IMG/VR virus record: IMGVR_UViG_3300028571_000031
Location: 1 to 58,009 of that record
Length of the DNA stretch: 58,009 bases
Strand: one strand, 5' to 3'
Source of the DNA: a virus
Lineage: Duplodnaviria; Caudoviricetes
The notes under the pieces were generated by a model that made no database searches, was not told the DNA's origin, and saw only the letters and a list, made by a program, of their open reading frames with translations. Positions 34,560 to 45,249 of this stretch are shown here, piece by piece (the stretch's first letter is position 1; the number at the start of each line of letters is the position of its first letter). Position numbers and translations under genes: made by a program.

Positions 34560-36314
34560 ATGTCGAAGAAAATCGAGGCCGCTGCCAAACTCCGTGAGGC
34601 GATGAGCGAGCTTAAGGTCGCAATGAAGAAGTCCTCTTCTCTATCTGAGAAGAAGGAGATTGCAGCCTCCATGACCGAGATTCGGTCGTTCTACAAGACT
34701 CTTACAGCGGCGGACGAGCCCGAAGAGCAGACTTCAACCGAAGTATCAGATGAGGACCTCGACGAGGCCCTTGCGGACGAGCTTGACCTTCCTCAGGCCA
34801 CACTAGAAGAGCTTGGTTTCGAAGACGGCGATGATGACGCCCTGCTTGCAAGCGCAGCATTGGACCTCGCTGCAAAAGCTCTCACTGCAACCAAGCCATC
34901 CGGCGTCAAGACCTCAACAGATGAGGACTTCGCTCGCGCTGCGCTTGAGCTAGCTGCCAGTGCACTCAGTGCTGCAGACGAGGAAGAGGAAGAGGGAGAA
35001 GTCGCTGAAGACGAGCCAGCTGACGACTTCAATGAAGACGAGCTACCCATGGACAGCAGTGATGAACTGCCTCTCACGGAGTTCGAGAACGAGTCCGATG
35101 ACATCGACTACGGTTCCGACGACGAACTACCAGACCCAGCGCTTCTGCTCGAAGACGTTTCCCCAATGCCTGAGTCGACAGACCCAGAGTCCGACTTCGA
35201 TGTTGCCGAAGAGACCTCAGAAGTCCCCAGCGAAGCAGTTGAAGAGGACACCTCCGGTTACCTCACAGAGGAAGACCTGATTGCTCTTGAGCATGAGGGT
35301 CTCATGACTCCTGACATGCTTGACCTCCTTGAGGACGCCATCGAAGAGAAAGAGGAAGGCCACTCAGTGACCGACCTCGATGTTGACGAAGCCATTGGAG
35401 ACGATGGTGAAGTTGAGTCAGAGATTGGTGTCGGCGAAGAGCCTGACGAAGTCGAAGAAGGCACTGAAGTCGAAGCTGAAGATGGCGTCGAAGACGAAGT
35501 CGAAGATGATGAGGTCGAGCCAACCATCGAAGCAAAGCTGAGGGCTACTGCTCTTCGCCTCCGTGCGATGGCTGATGGCAAGGACAAGAAGCCAGCAGCA
35601 CCTGCCAAGGTGAAGGCCAACGCTTCCTTTCGTCTAGACTCCGGTGCGCTCTGCAACATCGTGATGTCGCCAGTCAAGAAGCGCCCCGTGATCATCCTCA
35701 TCACTGAAGGTGAAGACGAAGAAGCCAACTGGGACTACGAAGACGAAGCTGACCTGAAGGGCATGAACGCTGAAATCAAGAACGCCAAGAGCGTTGAAGA
35801 AGCAGTTGAAATCCTCGGTGTGGACGTGTCAGCTTCTGCGTCGGCCATCGTTGTTCCTGAACTCATCGAAACAAACGATGACGAGGATCTGGACTTCAGT
35901 GCCTACACCGAACTGATGGCTTCCTACTCTCCAGAAGAGCGTAAGGAAATCCTTGGTTCTGTCGTGTCAGCATTCACCAAGAAGCTCAGCCCCTCTGACC
36001 TGAAGCGCATTGCACGTGACGAAGCGAAGAACCGCAAGAAGCGCAAGAAGCGCGGCCCTGTCCTTCGCTCGAAGAAGGGAAAGATGGCGTCTGTCGTTCT
36101 TCCCGGTGGAAAGCGCAAGACTATCAAGAAGAAGTACTACTTCACGACTCTTGATAGCAAGGGAAAGAAGATGGGCCAACACTGGATGGCCACCCGTCGC
36201 CCTTCTCGTAAGTCAGTTGAGGCTTACAAGAATAAGCACGGAGTTCCGCACCCTTTCGCGCTTCCTGTTGATTCCAAGGCTACAAAGGCAGCCAAAGAAC
36301 GCAAGAAGCAATAA
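34560..36314 (+). CDS. highly acidic protein with a basic C-terminus (candidate inner-head protein)
   Basis: GGAG RBS; long Asp/Glu tracts, repeated LxxAAxxLxA helices, Lys/Arg-rich end. Confidence 0.7.
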   Translation: MSKKIEAAAKLREAMSELKVAMKKSSSLSEKKEIAASMTEIRSFYKTLTAADEPEEQTSTEVSDEDLDEALADELDLPQATLEELGFEDGDDDALLASAALDLAAKALTATKPSGVKTSTDEDFARAALELAASALSAADEEEEEGEVAEDEPADDFNEDELPMDSSDELPLTEFENESDDIDYGSDDELPDPALLLEDVSPMPESTDPESDFDVAEETSEVPSEAVEEDTSGYLTEEDLIALEHEGLMTPDMLDLLEDAIEEKEEGHSVTDLDVDEAIGDDGEVESEIGVGEEPDEVEEGTEVEAEDGVEDEVEDDEVEPTIEAKLRATALRLRAMADGKDKKPAAPAKVKANASFRLDSGALCNIVMSPVKKRPVIILITEGEDEEANWDYEDEADLKGMNAEIKNAKSVEEAVEILGVDVSASASAIVVPELIETNDDEDLDFSAYTELMASYSPEERKEILGSVVSAFTKKLSPSDLKRIARDEAKNRKKRKKRGPVLRSKKGKMASVVLPGGKRKTIKKKYYFTTLDSKGKKMGQHWMATRRPSRKSVEAYKNKHGVPHPFALPVDSKATKAAKERKKQ

Positions 36315-36495
36315 CAATATACCACGCAACAGTGGTGTACTGCACACTCTCAGGTGAGTGCTCTTTCACAAGACACTCACCGCCCATCCTAACAGGGGTT
36401 AATACCCAACAATCTCTTCCTCGCATCCACAACTGTATGGGGCCTTCTACAAACCCATGGATGTGCAGGAAAGGCCCCAAGAAGGAGAATGGACG

Positions 36496-37587
36496 ATGAG
36501 CAATTTCTACCGCAATGAACCCGTAATGGGTAACATGCCCGGCTTCGCGAAGAAGTCTGGCGGACAGGTTGTCGCTGCCGGTGGTCGTATGACCAACGAT
36601 GCAGGCGACATCAATGCCAACGACCTCAAGGAACTCGCCCAGAAGGTGAACGCCATCCACGCGATGGTTCAGTCTGGCGAGATCACGGAAAGCCCCGACG
36701 GCAAGACCAAGCTTCAGGCTCAGACAGCCAAGCATGGCGAGCTTGTCAGCGCCTTCCACAGCGGCGACGACCGCATGAAGGTCATGGGCGAAGTCTTCGC
36801 CGAAGACGTGTGGGAGACCCTGAACCGTCAGGGCTTCACGTCGCAGCTCCTTGCCCGCAAGGATGTTGTTGATGGTCAGGACAACCGTATCCGTCTTCGT
36901 CGCAAGGACGTCACGGCGTTTCAGGTTGTCAATGACGGTGAGGGCATTGCTCAGCACGTTGAGCAGAGCTACATCTACCCTCAGGACTACTACCTCCAGT
37001 GTCAGGTTCTGATTGAGGAGCGCGAGCTTGCTCAGGCAGGCCCCGAGCTTCTGGACCAGAAGTTTCAAGACGCTCTCGAAGCGGTTATGGTTCGTCAGGA
37101 CCGTATCCTCCGCTCGTTGCTGCTTGCAACCGCTGGCGTGTTCAACGCTCCTGTTGGATTCGCGACCTTCACCCCCCAGACCATGACGGCTCTGCGCACG
37201 CAGGTTCAGGCGAACGGTATCCCCGCAGCCAACATGCTGTTCAGCTTCGACATTTGGGATGATATCATCGCCGACCCAAGCTTCACCGCTTGGTGGGAGC
37301 CCGTACACAAGTACCAGCTGATCATGGAAGGCAAGCTCGGCAGCCTTCTGAACATGAAGCTGACCACGGACGGATTCCGCTACGACAGCCTGCGTGTCCT
37401 TGCCCCCGGCGAGATCTTCGTCCTTGGTACCCCGATTGCCCTCGGTCAGCGCGGCGTCCGTCGCGAAGTCCAGAGCACCGAGATCAATCATTATCCACTT
37501 GGTTCACCACGTCGTGGCTTCTACCTCATGGGTATTGAGTCGATGCACGTGCAAGATCGCGCAGTGGCTTTCGGAAGCCGCGTCTGA
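36496..37587 (+). CDS. major capsid protein (HK97 fold)
   Basis: AAGGAG RBS; about 363 aa, strong codon bias, ends ...DRAVAFGSRV, followed by a terminator. Confidence 0.8.
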   Translation: MSNFYRNEPVMGNMPGFAKKSGGQVVAAGGRMTNDAGDINANDLKELAQKVNAIHAMVQSGEITESPDGKTKLQAQTAKHGELVSAFHSGDDRMKVMGEVFAEDVWETLNRQGFTSQLLARKDVVDGQDNRIRLRRKDVTAFQVVNDGEGIAQHVEQSYIYPQDYYLQCQVLIEERELAQAGPELLDQKFQDALEAVMVRQDRILRSLLLATAGVFNAPVGFATFTPQTMTALRTQVQANGIPAANMLFSFDIWDDIIADPSFTAWWEPVHKYQLIMEGKLGSLLNMKLTTDGFRYDSLRVLAPGEIFVLGTPIALGQRGVRREVQSTEINHYPLGSPRRGFYLMGIESMHVQDRAVAFGSRV

Positions 37588-37605
37588 AGTACCTGATAAC
37601 TCAGG

Positions 37606-37639
37606 AGAAAACGGAGCCAGTTGGCTCCGTTTTCTTTTG
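37606..37639 (+). terminator. intrinsic terminator
   Basis: AGAAAACGGAGCCA-GT-TGGCTCCGTTTTCTTTT. Confidence 0.85.
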
Positions 37640-37740
37640 TATGGGCTTCTCCGTTGGAGCGTGACCAACCACAGGTAGCCGCAAGAAGTTTTACTGAACT
37701 CAATCTTGACGGCGTGACCATTGTGGTCCACACTTGGTCA

Positions 37741-39546
37741 ATGACCAACACGCAACCTCCACAACCAAATCAGTGGCGTAGAATCACAGACGAATACTGG
37801 GTATCCAATTCAGGTCAGGTCTGGTCAACTATTGTCGGTCGCCTTTTGAAGACCAAGGTATCGAAAGTAGGGTATGAGAACATAAACCTTAAACGGCTGG
37901 GCACAAAAATGGTGCATAGCTTGGTGGCGGAAGCTTGGCTTCCGGCCAAGACGAATGTCAATATGGTTGTTGATCATATCGACGGTAACAAGCTGAACAA
38001 TAGAGCGGATAATCTGGAATGGGTGTCCAGAAAGGACAACACTAGTAGAGCCTTCGCTTTAGGTTTGATTGGTAAGGTCGGCGCCCCAAGAGGCTTCACA
38101 CCAGCACAGGTATACCAAGCTCGCAACCGTCGGTTGTCAGGGGTGTCCATGGCTGCGATCGCAGCAGAGCTTGGGTCAGCCGTTGTCACTGCACGAAATG
38201 CAGTGTATGGTATTTCATACGCCGACTTGATTGATGTCCCCCCTCTTCCCCTGCCCAGAGAGCCCGGAACTTGGCGCCCCGGCGCTGGGGGCAAACGTCA
38301 TGAAGGCCCTCATGCTCATGCAGAAGGTCACCCAAGGGATTACATTCCCTCACCTCCAACAGAGGTATGGTTGCGCCTCAATGACGGCGTGACTGGTTAC
38401 TGGTTGTCAGATCAAGGCCGCGTTTTTTCAACCAAAAGCCGCAAATTGAAGAAGTCCGTGGTGAACACTAAGCAGCAGAACTACTTGCGAGTGCAGCTAC
38501 GAACAGATGACGGGCTTGGTTACAAAAGTTTCATGCTACACCGGCTGGTTGCCGACTATTTTCTCCCACCACCAATCGACCCAAGCTACATAGTGGGTCA
38601 TCTGAATGAAAATCCACAAGATCCAAGAGCAAGCAATCTTGCTTGGATATCACGACGGGAGAACGCACAACGTTCCCACACCGCCAAAACAAGACCCAGT
38701 GAAGTCTATGATATTCAGAGCTTCCTTGCAGCCCACCAGTCTATCGAGCGAAATCAGCGTATTGGTGGTGTGATGCTAGACGCGTTGGTACCAAGCAAAA
38801 GGATTGGTATCATATTCGACGACATTCAAACAACTTCTGAACTTATGGGAATGACGAGGTACGCTCGAACTCAAGCCATGCAGGTACTAGACGACAACGG
38901 CATTTGTGCTGTGCGTGTCTTCAGTAATGAATGGCACACAAGTCAAGATCTAGTACAAAGCATGCTACTGCACAGGATTGGCTCCACAAAGAATAGAATA
39001 ATGGCCAGAGATACTGAAGTACGGGAGGTTCCGACTGCGGAAGCCGCAGCCTTCCTCAACAGCAATCATCTACAAGGTACCGTTGGCAGCCGCGTAAAAC
39101 TCGGTTGCTACCACCAAGGCCAACTCGTAGCAATTGCCACGTTCGGTATTCCACGCTATGGCGCTGCAGAGGGCTCGTTCGAGCTTCTACGGTTTGCCAA
39201 CGTGATGCACACAACTGTAGTTGGAGGCTTCTCAAAACTGTTGACACACTTCCGCCGTAACTACAACCTATCACATCTCATTTCTTTCGCTGACCGGCGC
39301 TGGTCATCGGGCAACATGTACGCCAAATCTGGCTTCGAACTGACAAGAACATCTAACCCAAACTACTTCTATTTCCGCCCTGACTCACCCAATGACCTTC
39401 ATTCACGTGTTATATTCCAGAAGCACAAGCTCAAAGACAAGCTCGCTGTCTTTGACGACTCCTTGACTGAAGTCGAGAATATGAGGGCCAACGGCTGGGA
39501 CAGGATCTGGGACTGCGGGAACTTGGTCTTTGAGATGAAGCTGTAG
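37741..39546 (+). mobile_element. free-standing homing endonuclease: two NUMOD4/HNH units plus a Hef-like C-terminal module
   Basis: VHSLVAEAW...VDHIDGNKLNNRADNLEW and HRLVA...HLNENP..PRASNLAW; FLNSNHLQG...ELLRFA...SFADRRWS.GNMY...IWDCG. Confidence 0.85.
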
Positions 39547-39611
39547 GAAACACGCTCTGACTTGACGACGCTGGTTTGGGCAAAAGAACACTCTTTCCAA
39601 GAGCGTGTCGC

Positions 39612-40046
39612 ATGCCAAGCTGGATCGAAACCCCTGCTGAAGAAAAGGCTTGGTCAAAGGCCAAAGCTGTCGTTTCTCGCCAACGTAAGAAGAACGAAAC
39701 CTCGTTCACGAACCGTGACTGGGGCCTCGTAACTCACGTCGCCAAATCGATCCTGAGGTCTGCGTCTATCTCTGGCTCTGCTCTTCCAAATGAAGAAGTC
39801 CTGTACGCGTTGGCCAAGGTCTCATCGATCATCGACCAGCGTCACAAGAAGGGCCGTAAGGCCGTTGATGAAACACTCCCAGCCCGAGAGATGGTGTCTG
39901 GTCTTTCCCGATTGGCTGACGTCACGTCGAAGGTGATTGCCGCCTACCGGGACAAGAACGTAACGTCTCAGGATAAAGAGGTGCTGCGTCGAGTACGTGA
40001 TGCAACCTCTGCTATTGAATCCTTGCTGAACAGTGGTGATGAATGA
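39612..40046 (+). CDS. hypothetical protein
   Basis: MPSWIETPAEEKAWSKAK N-domain of a type seen in phage head-associated proteins. Confidence 0.6.
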   Translation: MPSWIETPAEEKAWSKAKAVVSRQRKKNETSFTNRDWGLVTHVAKSILRSASISGSALPNEEVLYALAKVSSIIDQRHKKGRKAVDETLPAREMVSGLSRLADVTSKVIAAYRDKNVTSQDKEVLRRVRDATSAIESLLNSGDE

Positions 40047-41176
40047 CGCAGCAGAAAGTCTATAACTTCGGCGATACCCTCACTCAGGGCAAGACCAAGA
40101 CGCTGACATCGCGCCTATTCTCACCGGGTATCTATGACGGCATGTCACCCGTGGTCACCGGGCCAGCAACAGTGAGCTTGAGCAGTGGTGCATTCCTGCT
40201 GCCAAACGGTGTCCTTGTAGTGGAGTCCGCTGCGATCGACAGCGTCTCAATCCCAACCCTCGTGGCAGTATCTGGTTTCGTTGACCTGACACTCACAGCC
40301 GACCATGGTGACATTCAGGCTACAGGTGGCTCACCAGTTTCATACACGTTGAGGGAAGGAAGGTTCGATTCTTTCGGTGACCCCAACACGAACTCGCTTG
40401 CCCTGCTGTGGATTCGATACGAGATTGGCTTCCCACTCGATGCCTCGATGTTCGAGCTACCGCAGCAACTGAAGACCGGATCCGTGCTGTCTACACTTCA
40501 GGCTGAGACTGGATGGATTACCGGTCCTTTCGCTGATATGTGCGACGTAACCAATGGTCCAAACATCACACAGCAGCGCGTGAGCCACTTGTCTGGGCCG
40601 CACAACACCGGTCTTCTGCTGGTGAACTCTTCCATGGTGAGCGCTCAGGCGTTCAACTTTACGATTCAGCTACCGTCCACGCCGCGTGCTAGGAGCATCG
40701 ATGTGTACGGCACCCTGCCTGTGGGGGCCACAGTGGGCTTCCAGACCTCCCAGACGACCCTGAATGGGGCAGCAGCGGCTGGTGCACCAGTGACCATTCC
40801 AGTGGTCAGCACAGCCAATCTGACGACTGGCGAACGTGTACTACTGGTGGACCCTGCTACCGGCCTGCGTGAAATCATCATCGTTGGAACCATCTTCAGC
40901 GCAGTGCAGTTTCAGACGGCGTTTCTTCTCCAGAGCTTCACGTCTGGAACTGTGGTCCGTTCGTTGTCCACGGTGACATCTGAAGATGGTGAAGTCGTAA
41001 CGGCAACACCGTCAAGTTTCTCTGGACCAGCTACAGGTCTGGTCTCAGCCATCGGACGATTCTCGCTTGCCTCAACAACAAGCGTTCCAAGGACACTGGG
41101 AGTAAGGGTTCTAGTTCCACCCGGAGGATTTTCGAATGCAGTGTTCCTCAAAGGGTTCAGAGTTGTAGGGGAATGA
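40043..41176 (+). CDS. putative virion structural protein
   Basis: Thr/Ser/Gly/Val-rich beta protein; PGIYDG motif near the N-terminus. Confidence 0.55.
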   Translation: MTQQKVYNFGDTLTQGKTKTLTSRLFSPGIYDGMSPVVTGPATVSLSSGAFLLPNGVLVVESAAIDSVSIPTLVAVSGFVDLTLTADHGDIQATGGSPVSYTLREGRFDSFGDPNTNSLALLWIRYEIGFPLDASMFELPQQLKTGSVLSTLQAETGWITGPFADMCDVTNGPNITQQRVSHLSGPHNTGLLLVNSSMVSAQAFNFTIQLPSTPRARSIDVYGTLPVGATVGFQTSQTTLNGAAAAGAPVTIPVVSTANLTTGERVLLVDPATGLREIIIVGTIFSAVQFQTAFLLQSFTSGTVVRSLSTVTSEDGEVVTATPSSFSGPATGLVSAIGRFSLASTTSVPRTLGVRVLVPPGGFSNAVFLKGFRVVGE

Positions 41177-42128
41177 CCATGGACAACTCGACAAAGAAGC
41201 TTGTAGCTCAAGCTCTGCTTGAAGCAGCGCTGTCTTTGTCTGCTTCCACTGATGACTGCCACCTCGAATCCTACGGCTTGGACGAACTCGTACGAACCGG
41301 GTCTGGGACATTGTACCATGGAACGAACAGACAGTTTCATAGATTTGACACAGCATACATTCGGCATGAACTCATCAATCAGTTCTACAAAGCCCCCGGC
41401 GTCTTCTTGACGCCCCAGCGGGTCGTCGCAGAGCAGTACGCCGATGCAGCAAGGAACTCACTATTGCCTGCGGTGGTTGTCACTGACCTTCTCCATAAGA
41501 ACCGTGGGGCGGGTGAAACACTGACCCGGCTGGTTCACGAGGGGCGAGATGTATGGGACAGCCTATACGCGGATGCTAAGGCAGCGTTCCCCAACGCTCG
41601 CAACGGGCCAGAGGCACTTGAGCAGATGACAGAGGGTGTTGACCCGAATACGCTCATGGACCTAGCGAAGTATATTGAAGGGACGCGATTCACAGCGACA
41701 CAGGACGATGAGACGCTGTTTGACCTATGGAGTGGCGCAACCAAAGGCACTCCAGAGTGGTTGTTCGATAACCTCGATAGCGTGGGATTGAACTCGTCGG
41801 AGTACCGTCCGAAGGTCTACACGGTCGAGGTGTCTGGTCTGGGCCGAGTACTGGTTACAAAGTCGAAGGTGGAGGCGGGTAAGGCCAAGGCCGATGGCTA
41901 TGATGCCGTGGTGTTCTGTGGCGGCGATCTGGTGGGCGGTGTACCAGAAGTCGTAGTGTTCGACCCGGCGAAGGCGAAGGTCTTGAAGGTTGATATCATG
42001 GAGCCTTCGACCGCGTCAGATGGTCACAACTCATGGTACTACAACGCAGACTGATACGTAGAGGGTGCAGGAATGACCATGGACAACTCGACAAAGAAGC
42101 TTGTAGCTCAAGCTCTGCTTGAAGCAGC
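41170..42128 (+). repeat. 59-bp exact direct repeat (41170-41228 and 42070-42128)
   Basis: Identical 5' ends encoding MTMDNSTKKLVAQALLEAA, 900 bp apart. Confidence 0.95.
41173..42054 (+). CDS. ADP-ribosyltransferase-like protein with an N-terminal tag
   Basis: LYHGT...F..FD...GVFLT...AEQYA...GYDAV...EVVVFDP. Confidence 0.7.
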   Translation: MTMDNSTKKLVAQALLEAALSLSASTDDCHLESYGLDELVRTGSGTLYHGTNRQFHRFDTAYIRHELINQFYKAPGVFLTPQRVVAEQYADAARNSLLPAVVVTDLLHKNRGAGETLTRLVHEGRDVWDSLYADAKAAFPNARNGPEALEQMTEGVDPNTLMDLAKYIEGTRFTATQDDETLFDLWSGATKGTPEWLFDNLDSVGLNSSEYRPKVYTVEVSGLGRVLVTKSKVEAGKAKADGYDAVVFCGGDLVGGVPEVVVFDPAKAKVLKVDIMEPSTASDGHNSWYYNAD

Positions 42129-43460
42129 CACCGCCCTCAGTGCCTCCACTGAGAAGCGGCTGAAGTTCGTTTGGCCGAAGCTGAGTAATGAAGTCAAATT
42201 CAGTGTCCTCGTTACAGTATTCAATGCCATCGGCTTGGATAGGTGGAAGACAGAGTTCAAGCCCGACGACCCGGACTATCGGGTCAGAGTGAAAGACTCT
42301 GACGCCATACTCGAACGCTTCTCAGATAAGCTCCAAGGCAATGACCTCGTTGACCCATACATCCCTTGGCTGGCAACAAGGCTGGGTAAGGATTCGAACT
42401 ACACCGTGAACATGTGGATACAGAACCAGTTCCGGTCTGTCTGTCTCTGGGCCAAGGAGACCAAGACCGACTTGAACAAGCTGAGCTTGGAAGACACCAT
42501 CAACCAAGCACGGGACTACGTCCCGAATGCCAAACGTAAGAGCAAAGAAGACTCTGATGCCAATCCAGTGGTGTACCGCTTCGCGGACGGTCACAAGGTA
42601 GTGGAACTTAAGACAGACGAGGCCCTCAAGCGTGAGGGTGACGTCATGAAGCACTGTGTCGGGTCATATTGTGACGCAGTCAAAGCAGGCGAGTCAATCA
42701 TCTACTCATTGCGCACGAAAGATGGTGAATCACTTATCACTATGGAGTATGCGAGTGAAGCGTTCCAGCAAATGTTTGGAGAGGGCAATACCGACCCAAC
42801 TGATGATATGAAGCCGTACCTGATCGAGTTCGTGGAGAACAAGTACCCAGACGATGTCATGGCACTGGTTATGGCTGGTAAGCCGCCAAAGGACATCAAG
42901 AACTTGTCGAAGCTGTCGAAGACAGAGTTTCAACAAATTATATACAGAGGTATTGACCTAACCAACGTTGACCTGTCCGGAAGTGTTTTGCCAGACTGTG
43001 ACTTCAAAGAAGCAGATATGACAGGTGCAAACCTCAGCAACTGCAACTTACTTCGAGCACACCTAGAAGGTGCTACGCTCAGAGGCGCAAACTTGAAGAA
43101 CACAACTCTGATTGAGGCAACGATGGATGAAGCTCGCCTAAAGGGTGCGAACCTCGCTGGAGCAGTTCTCCAAGACGCCATGGCAATGTCAACCTCATTC
43201 CTAGCTGCTGATTTGACTGGTGCAAACTTGAAAGGATTGGCGGCAGTTGACTCTGACTTCAGGAAAGCTAATCTGTCAAATGCATTGCTGACAGGTCTTT
43301 CATATCAGGTGCAAACTTCACAGACGCCAATCTGACTGGAACTATCCTGACTGGAGCCACATACTCGAAGACAGGTAAGCACAACAGGCAAGGAACTCTG
43401 TGGCCTGCTGGTTTCGTAGCTGAGGACCACGGCATGGTACTAGACCCGGATTGGGATTGA
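42073..43460 (+). CDS. PcfJ-like domain plus pentapeptide-repeat protein, frameshifted near 43297
   Basis: EGDVMKHCVGSY...IYSLR; A(N/D)LxG repeats continue in another frame to TLWPAGF...TGA at 43460. Confidence 0.75.
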
Positions 43461-43490
43461 CCGTCGCCCCTCCTTCAGCCATGAAGAGTC

Positions 43491-44171
43491 ATGGCCATTC
43501 AAGAGCAGCGACCAGTCCAGATTGGCGTCATCGGAGCGATGCAGCGTTCCCACCCAGCCCTTACAGAGCTTTGGTTCCAGTGGCTGGACATACCGCAGTT
43601 GCACCTCACCGAGTTCGGTATGGGTACACCGGGGGAAGTTGGTGTGCTCCCGCATACCTCCATCACGCTACGTCCGTCTGCGGGCTCTGGAGTCACGTGG
43701 CAGAGGCTCTGTGACTTGATGGCCATCGAGCCTGACGCTGTTGAGCGTCGGTCAATGCCCATCATCCTGAACGAGCGGCACAAGGGACACAAAGAGTTCT
43801 GGAAGTCGGCCAAGAAACGCGAACTGGAAGACGCCGAAGGACCGCTGGAGTGGTGGTGGAGACTGCTGGTCATCCGGCAGCGTGGTATCAGGAGGGCAAG
43901 TAAAGTGCTGCTTAGCTCGCTCTTCGATGACGACACCGTATCTCGTGGCTCGCCCATCGTCAGCTTCCTCAACCCAAGCTTGAAGACTGAAGGTCGGCGA
44001 GCTTCAGAAATCATCGACAAAGTGTACGCATCCCCGACGGACATGCTTGTGGCATTTGATGTCCCACTGAAGTCAGCAAGACAGGGCTTGGCAATCTCTC
44101 TGAGCGATGCTAAGCTTCGAGCCCGTCTGACGTCGTCACTCATCGACTTGTCGACCTCACGACTTGCTTGA
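43491..44171 (+). CDS. hypothetical protein
   Basis: 226-aa ORF co-directional with its neighbours. Confidence 0.6.
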   Translation: MAIQEQRPVQIGVIGAMQRSHPALTELWFQWLDIPQLHLTEFGMGTPGEVGVLPHTSITLRPSAGSGVTWQRLCDLMAIEPDAVERRSMPIILNERHKGHKEFWKSAKKRELEDAEGPLEWWWRLLVIRQRGIRRASKVLLSSLFDDDTVSRGSPIVSFLNPSLKTEGRRASEIIDKVYASPTDMLVAFDVPLKSARQGLAISLSDAKLRARLTSSLIDLSTSRLA

Positions 44172-44186
44172 TTTGAAGGTACAAAA

Positions 44187-45146
44187 ATGGCCATCTCCAG
44201 CTTCGCTGTAATGAACCCCACCGCAGCCATGTCCATGATCGATACAAGCAGGTGGCGCACCGTTGTCTATGCAGACACCCCCAAGTCCCTTGTACGGTAT
44301 AAAGAGTTCCTTGACCAGAAGAAGGCCGACGCCCGCAAGGTCGTGTGCTTCGTGTTTGGTGTGACCTCTCTGAAAGAAGTCCTGAAGAATCAGGACAAGT
44401 TCAACAGCATCCTCATCTTTGATGACCTGCAGAACCTATCGGACCTACGCACCCAACTGGGCGTCCAGATTGCTGACGTGAAGGAGGCAGATGCCTCGGC
44501 GATGCCAAAGCACCTGACCCCGCAGGAGATGAACACCCTTGTTGAATCTCCGTCCCAAGCGCTGGAAGTCAGCCTCCTGAAGAAGGTACTGACGACCCTA
44601 GGGCCACGCCGTCCTTCTGTTCTGGAGACGACCAGCAGGATTCCAGCCCCCTTGGACGTTGAAGAATCAGGGTCGCAGCGGCTGCTGACCGAAATCAAGC
44701 AGACGCTTCCAGACCCAACCTTCTTCGGCGTCGTAGTCACAACATACTGCAAGTACCTGTTTCGCATGATTGATAGGAACACGGTCACTCAGACCGTCAC
44801 CAAGAAGCTCCCAGCAGAGGCCAAGGACTTCTGGAAGAAGGCTCTCGACTACGCCGACTCCGACATTGGTCTTGCAATGCATAGCGCTTTCGCGAAGCTG
44901 TGCTCTGTGCGCGACCCCGACTACCGGACTGGCCACGCAGTAGCAGAGTTCAACCTGAAGTTGTACAGTGGAGACTTCCTCTACTTCACGATGATCATTC
45001 CACCTTTCGATAGTTGCCAGTTTTTGCAGGGCACAACCGCATCTGCATCGACAACTGCAGCCAGCACCGCCAACTCTTGGACACCGCCTCCAGAGCTTCC
45101 AACGACTGTGAAGTCGAAGGGTAAAAAGGCGAAGAGTAAGACCTGA
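44187..45146 (+). CDS. hypothetical protein
   Basis: AAGGT RBS; 319 aa. Confidence 0.7.
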   Translation: MAISSFAVMNPTAAMSMIDTSRWRTVVYADTPKSLVRYKEFLDQKKADARKVVCFVFGVTSLKEVLKNQDKFNSILIFDDLQNLSDLRTQLGVQIADVKEADASAMPKHLTPQEMNTLVESPSQALEVSLLKKVLTTLGPRRPSVLETTSRIPAPLDVEESGSQRLLTEIKQTLPDPTFFGVVVTTYCKYLFRMIDRNTVTQTVTKKLPAEAKDFWKKALDYADSDIGLAMHSAFAKLCSVRDPDYRTGHAVAEFNLKLYSGDFLYFTMIIPPFDSCQFLQGTTASASTTAASTANSWTPPPELPTTVKSKGKKAKSKT

Positions 45147-45249
45147 CCAACCGAGTGGCTTTCAAGCCACTCTCTACTTACCCGCAAACGAGCCGTCCAC
45201 CAGACGGCTATGCTTTGCAGTTTTTCTTTCGACTTTAGAGGAAAAAAAC

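Noticed and set aside
32230-37491. Long minus-strand ORFs (32230-33447, 33736-34539, 36280-37491)
   Set aside because: Antisense shadows of strongly codon-biased structural genes
43499-44260. 253-aa minus-strand ORF
   Set aside because: Antisense to the plus-strand genes that fit the operon direction; Ser-rich shadow composition
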